Source of the DNA: Lama glama
Lineage: Eukaryota
Assembly: GCA_028534125.1 (NCBI GenBank)
Contig: CM052816.1
Location: 27,592,001-27,656,000, forward strand
DNA length: 64,000 nt
Reading direction: 5' to 3'
Shown: positions 42,661 through 52,413 of the stretch, piece after piece
Numbering within the stretch: position 1 is the stretch's first letter
Layout of the letters: each line of letters opens with the position of its first letter
Notes under the pieces: generated by a model
What the model was told of the DNA's origin: nothing
Databases searched by the model: none
The model's input: only the letters and a program-made list of their open reading frames with translations
Program-made: the position numbers and the translations under genes

Positions 42661-44239
42661 GGGAAGATATGAAAGATAACAGTGAATTTGAACTCCTTTT
42701 CAGATATATTTCTTCTTTAAAGAAGCTGTTAATTAATTTCTTTTACTGGTTGTCTCTTTGTTTTTCCCTTTTTATGTAGACAAATGTTTTTTCCCTTTGT
42801 AGTGTTTCTTCCGTTAATTTTAAATTATAACACCTTTCTTCTACCATCTCCACTTTTTTTTTGTCCTATTTTCCCTACTTTCACAGTAGAACATGTAAGA
42901 TTTACTTCAATGTGGGATGTATAAACTTCCAAATTTGGTAAGTTCATTCAATCATCCAGCAAACATTTATTGAGCACATACGTTTCAGGTGATAGACATA
43001 CACACAAAAAGAGAGAAACAGGTAAACAAGTTTTTCCAGAGCAGAAAGCACCCAGGTTGCATAAAGAACAGACACCTAGTCCAGCCTGAGGGGAATTAGT
43101 GAAGACTTTATAAAGGTCAAATTTTAACTGCTATGAAGAGGTCTGCATACTAGCTAAACGGAAAAACAAAGAGCCTTAAATGAAGAGTGGGTAGATGACT
43201 TTCACCAATCCTCTCAGAGTAATTTCAAAATTGAACAGGAAGCTCAATAGCCAGTGAATTCCAAGGACATCACTCTGATTAAAATCTTTTATACCTCATA
43301 GATAATCCAACTGAAAAATGACCACCAAATGTTTTCTGGAACTAGCACGAGCTTAAGGTATGTTTATCAATATAAACTAAACACTTTCAGAATTTCCCTC
43401 TCAATATATCCTGTTCTCCAATGCTAAGTGAAATCCAGACTTATTAACCTGGTAGTAATATATTTCAGCTTTATTTCTACTTCATCCCACAAGTTCTGAT
43501 CAGTGGAGTTATCTACTCCAGTGCCACCCAGGGGATTTCCCACTCCCATCCTTACCCCACTTATACTGGTCCCTCTGGCTAGAATAGAATGCCTTCTTTC
43601 CCCTTTATTGAATCACTGAATGCAACTCTGTGTAAGATTCTTAAACACCGAGAACAAATAGCACTTCATTTTGCCTTCTTTGGATAGTTTTCTGCACCAC
43701 GTAACTTTTTTGGGGGGCATTATTCTGTATCACTGGTGGATGTTGCTCACCCTTTCCTGAGTATAGGTTGCTTAAAAACAGAAAGTATGGCTTACACAAC
43801 TGCAATATGAACAGTGACTTGCACATAGCAGATACGTATATCCACTGAATAAAAGGACGAAGAATTTCCCTTGCTGTAGCTGACCCTTGCTTTTCCAGGA
43901 GACTTTAAGTCTTCGATGACTTACGACTTCCTTGAATAGAAGCAGAAACTGGAAAGTGGATAACGACATAAATGGTAATATGGTGACATTTAACATATTA
44001 TGGTGGAGGTGACGCTGGCAAATGTCTGATAAGACTGGATTTAAGAGAGAAGGAATGAACAATTTGGGCACAGCAAGTATTAAAATTCTGCTGTAAATGG
44101 AAGCAGAGAAATGGGGCAGTAGCTGGAAGAAATGAGATACTGGGCGAGTGTACATCGTTACAAACGATACGGTCTCATTCAAGATCAGCAATTTTTAGGA
44201 AAAGCTAAAGGTCTCAATCTCTCCTTTGTAATTTCTGCA

Positions 44240-44450
44240 GTCAACAAAAGGCAAACAATATGTACTGAGAGTTTATTGTCAGGCACTGTGCAAACACTTT
44301 ACATATTCCAGTTAATTTTTCACCAGAGCCTTGCGAAAAAGGTACTATCGTAAGATTCGTTTTACTGGCAGACACTGACTATAGAGATTAAACGCTTTTT
44401 CCAAAGCATCACAGATAAAAATTCATAAGGACTGAGAGCCAGAGACGCTT
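44240..44450 (-). mobile_element. MIR SINE in the CpG-island shore
   Basis: gtcaggcactgtgcaaacactttacat...ccaaagcatcacagat. Confidence 0.6.
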
Positions 44451-44479
44451 CAGTCGCCTAGAAACCGTCAAGGGGACTT

Positions 44480-44960
44480 AGAGTCGTCCTGCTCTGACTT
44501 CTGGAAAACTCGCCTGGGCTTTTAGGCGCACTCCCTGCCTCGCCACAGGCCTTTCAGAATGACGCAGAAGAGCCATTCCGAGAGCCCTAAAAGTCGACCC
44601 CACAGGTTCCCAGACCTCGGTGCTCACCTCGTTATTGAGGTTCAGAGATCCCGGCTCCGCCATGGTAGCTATAAAAAGAGGATCCGGGACTGCCGGCACG
44701 CGAACGGAAGCTATTCGAACGCGGCTGCGTCGCTACGCCTCTCAATGGTGGCCTCCCCGGCCCAAAATTCATCCGCCGTCCGATCGCGCCGATGCATGGG
44801 TAAAAGGTATAGGGCCTCGGCAATGTGTGGGGGGGAGAACGGAAGTGACGGAGAACAACTTCCGGCACAGAGCGCTCCGCGCCAGATTTGAGCGTTCCTG
44901 TGAAAAGCAGGCTCGGGCTGGAACTTGGGAAGGCGCTCCGGAAGCTGTCGGCTTGTTGAG
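44480..44960. promoter_or_regulatory. SRFBP1: CpG-island promoter of SRFBP1 with clustered ETS/GABP-type sites
   Basis: Only GC- and CpG-dense segment in the window, and it spans exon 1. CGGAAG at 44705, CGGAAGTGACG at 44840-44850, ACTTCCGG at 44858-44865, CCGGAAGC at 44938-44945. Confidence 0.88.
44628..44663 (-). CDS. SRFBP1: SRFBP1 coding exon 1 (MAEPGSLNLNNE), 36 nt
   Basis: ATG in strong Kozak context (gctaccATGG) inside a CpG island. Donor GAG|gtgagc. Peptide matches the recalled SRFBP1 N-terminus (human MAQPGTLNLNNE). Confidence 0.95.
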
Positions 44961-45364
44961 AAGTTTTTCAAGATGCTGCTTTTATTCCATTCGATTGTAG
45001 ACTGGGTCTAGCTTTGTAAGGACCTTGTATTTTTGTGTCCCAGTGAGTGAGAGCTTTTATGAAAGGCTCACTTGAACGACAGATTTTACTATTTTTTTCC
45101 TAGCGTTTCTGAAGATTTCTGCGCTGCTAACAAACGCACCTCTTAGCTACAGCTTTGTTTCTTCCTTACTCAGGGAAGAAATATGCCATATCCCTGAGGG
45201 GCATATTTTTCTGCACACTGTAAGAAGGTTTAAATTTAAATAATGAACGTTTAAAGCAAAACGAGGTTGCACATTTGCTGCTGCCTGTGAGAATGGCTGT
45301 TTTGAAGTATTAGCCTGCATGCAGAGGAGACATGAGGAAGTGAGTCTGAATTAAATAATACATT

Positions 45365-45550
45365 AATAGTTAACACCTAGTAGTACTGAGCGTTAAAATG
45401 GGTCAAGTGCTGGGGCAAACCCTTTGCACGAATTTATCTCCAAAAAAGTCACAGAAATCCAGTGAGATAGGAAATATTATTCTTATTTTACAGATGAGGA
45501 AACTGACTTTCGAGGAGCCATGTGTCTTGTCCAGAGTTGCCCAGCTAGAG
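45365..45550 (-). mobile_element. MIR SINE
   Basis: attttacagatgaggaaactgac...cttgtccagagttgcccagctag. Confidence 0.75.
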
Positions 45551-45571
45551 CCGACCACTGCTACAGGACTC

Positions 45572-46040
45572 CAGGGCTGGTTGCATATATTGTGGAGTCC
45601 CATGCAAAATGAAAATTAAGGACCCCCCCCCATTCAAAAAGTAGGAATTTTCTTTTTATCTTCCGTGATGTCTTTTGACCTGTATGCGCTTTTTATTTGG
45701 TATTTAATGTGGTGCTCCCTCAAGCACAGGGGTGCCATGAGTCTAGTGCAGACGCTCACAGATGCCTGGAGCCTCTGCTTCAGGACTCAGGGAGGGGCGG
45801 CTGTACTGGACCAAAGTGACAGCAGTTGCTGAACAGAGACAGGGAAGTAGGAAGCCAGAGAACCCGAATGGGATTATGTGGCAGGGAAGTACACACTTGA
45901 CCTGAGACTAAGCCCTTGATACATTTTCCATTGTCCCACTGGATTTCACTTACAAAACTCAATTTCACAGATAAGCTTATTAAGAATTTCGAGTCTGTGA
46001 TGAAAGAACATTTAAGCCAGGCCCACTTATGAGCCTCTCT
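45572..46040 (-). mobile_element. MER45-family hAT-Tip100 element
   Basis: cagggctggttgcatat...tgcaaaatgaaaat and ttattaagaatttc match the recalled MER45 reverse strand. Confidence 0.65.
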
Positions 46041-47233
46041 CCAAGAAGACGGACCTATTCAGACCCTATGCCCTTAGCTTGTGATTCTGAATTCACTTTG
46101 CAGTAACTCAGTAGCAGTAACTCAGACGGGTTTGGATTGGTATTCTTTTAGTTTAATGTGTGATTTGGGCACAAGTGAATTAATGCCTGACTTCCTGTTT
46201 GACTAGTGTCGCATAAAGGTAGTTTTTGCCATTAATAAGTTGTATACCGAATTGTAATTGTCTCCTTACTCATCTACTGCCCCTCCTGGAGTGTAGGGGC
46301 TTTTCAACCAGGCTGGGGCATACGTAAGTACACAGGAAGTAATGTTTTAAAGATAAATGTAGAGCTTGATGGAAAGTGTTTCTTCTATTTGGGGAGAAAG
46401 GTTTTAGTATGATTCCATAATGCTTCAAAAAATGGATTCTTAGTCTGAAATTTGTCTATAGTTCTTAAAGGCTCTGCTGTGTTTTTCCTTGACCACTGTT
46501 GTTCTCCAACATTATTTCTCTGGCCGCCACAGTCTCTTCAGGCTCAGAATTTGTTTTTTATGTTTTCTTAGCTCAAGCACTCTCCTTTGCTTATGATATT
46601 CCCTCTGCCACATCTGCTTTCTCAAGTGCTACTTTTCAAGACTGGTGCACATTCTATCCATCCTTTTTAAGAATTATTTTCATAGCCTTCGACAGAAGTT
46701 AACTTTTTCCATCAGCATTTCATTCCTATATAACTTACGATAGTTTGCTCTAATTTGAAATTTCTTGTGTACTGTCTATTCTTTTACATTATAACCTCTC
46801 AGCAACCTTATGTTCGTTTTTAAAGTGACTAGTAGTTTTTCATTGTCACTGACATATCACTTCCATGTCAACCCATCTTTGTCTTTTGATTCCACAATCT
46901 CAAAAATCATTTTGATTCTTTACAGAGGTGATTCTACTCTCCAACCTATTCTCATCAAGCTATACACATCTCCTCTAGTAATAATAATGCATTTGTATTA
47001 ATCAAGCTATAAGTTTCTCCTGCCTCTTTTATTCCTGAAGGGCTGACCTGGGTCGGTTAAATGCTGTCAGATATATGAAGCAACAAAACTATTATCATTA
47101 AGAGCAACTAGTGTGAGACCTTGTCCCTCTTTATTACACTGTTACAATTATTGGAAGTAAGGATTCACAAGCATGTACAATGGTGACCCAAGTTTTCCAA
47201 ATTCAGGTTTCTTAAGAATTTCTCAAATCCCAC

Positions 47234-47622
47234 TGTATTTGTCTACTCAGGCTACAACAAAATACCACAGATTGAGTGGCTTAAACAAAATAATTTGTTT
47301 TCTTACAGTTCTGGAGGCTAGATGTCCAAGATCAAGGTGCTATCATGCTTGTTTCTCCTGAGAGTTTTTTTCCTGGCTTGCAGAGGCAATCTTTTTGCTG
47401 TGTCCTCACATGGCCTTTGCAGTGTGCACACCTGGAGAGAGACTTCTCTGATGTTTCTTTCTCTTCTTATAAGGATGCCAGTCCTTTGGTATTAGGGCTC
47501 CACCCTTATGACCTCATTTCACCTTAATTGCCTCCCTAAGGGCTCTGTCTGCAAACACCGTTACATTGGGCATTAGAGCTTCAATATATGGATTTCAGGG
47601 GGACACAATTCAGTCTCCAACA
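47234..47622 (-). mobile_element. MaLR solo LTR (MLT1A-like)
   Basis: aaaataccacagattgagtggcttaaacaa...cagttctggaggctag...gggggacacaattcagtc. Confidence 0.85.
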
Positions 47623-47764
47623 CCCTCTTTCTTTGAGAAAAGAAAATTACCTTTAAAGTAATCTTATCAAACTTGCTTGATGACTGCTATTTCAATCATT
47701 TTGTACTTTTAAAAATTGTAGTCATACATTTCTAGATGACAGCTAAGCTCATGGATGTTTAGCA

Positions 47765-49600
47765 ATCAGAACAGAATTGAGAAATAGATCTGTGCGTATA
47801 TAGATAACTGATTTTCAACAAAGTTGCAAAGATAATTCAGTGGAGGGAAGGTAGCCTTTTCAAAAATTGTGCCTGAACAATTGGATATTCATATAAAAAA
47901 ATTAACTTTGACACACATTTCACACCAAATACAAAACAACTTAAAATGATTTATACTCCTAAATGTAAAGCATAAAACTATGAAACTCCTGAAATAAATG
48001 ATAGGACAAAGACCTTGTGACCTAGAGTTAAGCAAAGATTTCTTGGATATCAAAACAAATGCAGAATCCATATAAAAATGCATTGATAAACTGAACTGAA
48101 TTGACATCAAAACTTCTTCTCTTCAAAATACACTGTTAAGAGAATAAAAAGGTAAGCTATATGTGGAGAAGAAAATTTTGCAACTAAAATAATTTATAAA
48201 GGTTTTTTTTTATCTAGAATATATAAAGAACTCTCCAAACTCAATAAATATAGAAGGAACCCAATAAAAAAAAGTTGGCAAAAGATCTGAACAGATACTT
48301 CACCTACAAAGATATGTGGATAGCAAATAAACGTATGAAAATAATGTTCAACATCATCAGGGAAATGCAAATTAAAACCACAATATGATTAAAACCACTT
48401 ATTAGAATAGTTAAAAAGTGATCATACCAAGTACCAGTGAGGATGTGAAACAACTTGAACTCTTAAGTGTCATTTGTGGAAATGTAAAATGGGACGATCA
48501 CTTTAGAAAGGATTTGGTAATTTCTTAAATTATATATCCACTAGCCATATGATCTAGGATTTCCTCCTTTGGATCAGTAACGACATTAAAGCACATGGCC
48601 TTTATATAAAGACTTGTACATAAATGTTCAGATAAGCTCTATTTGTAGTAGCCAAAATATAGAAATAACTCAGATTTCCATTTAACAGACAAAGGAATAA
48701 ATTATGGTGTACTTACACATAGAAACACACAAGCACACACACACAATGGACCATCACTCAGAAATTTTTTTAAATGATACACACAATATGGATGAATTTC
48801 AAAATAATTATGCTGAAAGAATCCAAACAAAAGGTCTACGTAGTGTATTATTCCATTTATGTAAAATCATATCTATATTCCCCAGTCCAGGGAACAAAGG
48901 TGTTATACAATCAAGTAAATGTGATGTGTGAAATGCAATCTCATGTGTAGTGACAAAAAGTAGATCAGTGTTTGCTTAGGGACTTCAGGGTGGAAGGATG
49001 GAATGATGGAGGGGAGAAATTAGAAAAGGTCATGAGGAAACTTTTGGAGATGATTGATACATATTCATTTTCATGATTTTGGTCATGGTATCAATTATAC
49101 ATAAGTCAAAACATATCAAACTGTATACTTTAATTATTGCAGTTTAATATGTGTCAATTACACCTCAGTAAAACTTAAATACACTTACCATAGAACTAGC
49201 AATTAAACCTCTAGAAAAATACTCTATAGTTATATTGGTACAAATTAATGATGCATGTACAAGGATATTCATTACACAAGTGTTTGTAATAACAAAAGAT
49301 TTGAGACAACCTGTTCACCAGCACATAACTGTTTAATGGATCCATTAGGAAGAATAATCAGCTCTTCATTTGCTGGAGGAAGGCTCTTCATAATATATTA
49401 TTAATGAATAAATCAAATTATAGTGTGCCACTGTGTATGTTTGGAGGAAGGGTACGTACTCCATACGTACACACGTCATATTTACTTGATTGTATAACAT
49501 CTTTGTTTCCTGGCCTGGGGAGCAGAGGTAGAGTTTTTCTACCATGTACCCTTTGGTATCTTTTAAGTTTTATACCATGTGCTAGTATAAATTTTTAAAA
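47765..49600 (+). mobile_element. L1MB/MC ORF2 end and 3' UTR fragments
   Basis: tcagggaaatgcaaattaaaaccacaat; gaggaaacttttggagatgat...tgtcaattacacctcagtaaa. Confidence 0.82.
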
Positions 49601-50166
49601 CAAATAGAATTTAAAATACATTCTCATGGTTTTTGTTGCAATTGTGAATGGGTATAGTCTCTCATTACTGCCTATATTAGCTGGTAGTGCCGGTATAGAT
49701 ACAAGCTATAAATTTGTTTTTGGTATATTTGTCATGCAATCACTTATCCATGGGTTTGTTTGTTTGTTTTTTGAGGGAGGAGAATTGTCTAGATATGCAA
49801 TCACATGATCAAAAAGAAAATTACATCTATTTTCAGTATTCAGACCAGTTATTTTATTTTGTTGTATTATTACATTTGCTAGAACTTCTGGAGAATATCT
49901 CTGGCTTGTTCCTGATTTTAATGGGGATGGCTTTAATGTTTTACCATTTGAAATTACATTTGGTGTTTATTATGGTGAATAGTTTCATAAAATTCAGGTA
50001 GTTTTCTGGTATTTTCTCTAGCTTTTCTTTTTTAGTAAGTAGAAATGGTTGATGAAGTTTATCATTTGACTTTTCAATTTCTGTTGCTTTGATCATATTG
50101 TTTTTTTCCTTTAAAGCATTTCCCCCACATGTTCTAATTTTATTTTGGCTGTTAGAAAGATATGAG

Positions 50167-50590
50167 TGTGGACCTTAGCATCAGGGCTAAGTATTGGCAG
50201 ACCCCAGCAGTGGGCCTGTTCATCTGTGGACCCTGCCAGCTGACCCACCCGCAGATCTGACTAGCCATCCTGCCTGTGGACCCTGCCAGTCGGTCCACCC
50301 AAGATCTCTATTAAATATTAAATTAAATATTAAATATTTTAATAAATATATATATGTATAACTGCTGTACACCAGAAGTTAACACAACATTGTAAACCGA
50401 CTACATACTTTAATTAAAAAAAAATGAAGGGGGCAGGAGAAAACTTTTGGAGGTGATGGATATACTAATGCATAGATTGTGGTGATGGTTTCGTGGTGTA
50501 TACTTATCTCCAAAGTCATCAAGTTGTATATATTAATTATTTACAGCTTTTTGTATGTCAATTATACCTCGTTAAAGTGGCTTAAAAAAA
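50167..50590 (+). mobile_element. Composite L1-derived insertion (GC-rich tandem unit plus two L1 3' tails)
   Basis: About 50-bp tandem unit, tail gctgtacaccag...cattgtaaaccgactac-polyA, L1MA/MB tail with polyA, and imperfect flanking duplication agaaag(a/c)tatg(a/g)g. Confidence 0.6.
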
Positions 50591-51399
50591 AGAAAGCTAT
50601 GGGGTTTTAAAAAAGAGAAATGCTACTCCTTTCTCTTATTTACTTGAGTAAGTGGATAAAGAGAACTTTCTATTGGCAAACTTGTCATTTTTTTAAGCAT
50701 GTCATTTATAACTTTTAGTATTTGAACTATTAATAGTAATTCACTTCAGAACAGATTGCAACACACCTGAGTGTTTCAATCCCAGCTAAGAACCACTGCA
50801 TTAAGTTTCTCAGTTATTCTGGCTCTGTACTTTCAATCCTCTGTCCCCTGGATGGCAGTGTTGTTCTCCAAATTTCACATTACAATTAAAACTTGGCATC
50901 TTAAAGAAAGCAATCTAAATGAATGGCTTATGATAGCATTTTTGAATTAGAAGGAAAATAGATGGATCTATCAGATTTTGTATTTTTTAATGCCTAAGAT
51001 TAACCCCTCAGATTTCAGTTTTTGGCTTGAAATGAATTATTAAACAATAATAAACCCTCTAATTGAACCACTAATGGATTTATTTAAGATTCAATGTTTT
51101 ATATGTATAACATACTGCAAAGTGTAACTAGTTACTGTATAGGAAACAGGTAGTTGGTAAATCACTAGGCAATATGTTTACTAAATCAATCCTCTAACAT
51201 TACTTTTTGCCTTAATTTCATGTCAGTGTTTATGGAGTGTTTTGATTAGATTTGTTACTTTGTATGTCTAGGAAATGTGAAGGAAAGTTTCTCTTCAAGG
51301 AATTTTAGATCTTAAAAATTTGAAATAGCTAGTTACTATTACATAGTCAAGTTTTACAAAATCTAAAGGGATGGAGCTGACACTTAGCAATTCAGCATT

Positions 51400-51620
51400 T
51401 TGTCTAAGAGCTTTGGCTCTGGAATCAGACCGATATCAAATTTTAACTCTCTCTCTTAATAGCTTTATGCCCTTGGGCAAATTATATTAGCTCTCTGTGA
51501 CAAGATTCCTTTATTTATAAAAATGGGAATGAAAATGAACCTCTCAGAATTGTGATGATTCAATGAAAACACGGTAGAGTTCTTGAATATTTACCTCTCA
51601 ATAATTTAAACTGTTATTAT
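51400..51620 (+). mobile_element. MIR SINE
   Basis: aagagctttggctctggaatcagac...cccttgggcaaatta...taaaatgggaatga. Confidence 0.72.
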
Positions 51621-52163
51621 TTTCCATTACCTCATTTGATCTTGACAGTAACTTTGTGAGATAGGCACGATACATATGAAGGATTCATGTTTTACAAATA
51701 ACAAAAATCCTTAGGTCATAGGGGTAATAAAGGGTAATTCAAGTAAGTGTCTTGACATAAAATCACTGGTGGCAGTTTTACAACAACTCTGTGATATGGA
51801 TGTATAAATTACATTAATAATTTATGACCATCATTCTTTCCCATTTACCTAATTATTTATTGATTGTTCAGTAATAAATAAGGCACTTTTTTTTTTCTAT
51901 TTTGAAAGAGGGCTGCCACTTCATTAGGCAGCTGTGGAATAGGGATAAAATTCCCAGCAGAGGTAAATAAAAACAAGGTAATAAAAGACACTCTGTTTCA
52001 TAAATAGAGTAAAGCATCTAAAAGATTTTTCACATACTCTTCAAGTTTTGCAAAATGTTGTTAGGCAGGTATAGAAATTAACAACTTTAAAATTTCTTAA
52101 ATATATTTTCCCCCCACACATACCTCTTAAAAATATAGCTCTCTTAAGTTATTGAAATTTTTT

Positions 52164-52413
52164 TAAACTTTTTTTATTGTGTTATAGTCACTTTACAATG
52201 TTGTGTCAAATTCCAGTGTAGAACACATTTTTTCAGTTATTCACGAACATACATATATTCATTGTCACTTTTTTTTTCGCTGTGAGCTACCATGAGATCT
52301 TGTATATATTTCCCTGTGCTATACAATATAATCTTGTTTATCTGTTCTACATATGCCTGTCAGTATCTACAAATTTTGAAATCCCATTCTGTCCCTTCCC
52401 ACCCCTTGCCCCC
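52164..52413 (-). mobile_element. Young 5'-truncated L1 3' end (camelid-type) with target-site duplication
   Basis: Poly-T start, L1 3' UTR tttccctgtgctatac, and tgaaatttttt duplicated at 52153-52163 and 52414-52424. The site reads TT/AAAA on the minus strand. Confidence 0.85.

Noticed and set aside
43772..44191. 139-aa minus-strand ORF in intron 1
   Set aside because: Non-ATG start, no recognisable homology, no convincing splice context.
44478..45000. Five overlapping ORFs of 73-126 aa in the CpG island
   Set aside because: GC-rich DNA has few stop codons. Only the 36 nt of SRFBP1 exon 1 is supported by splice signals and recalled homology.
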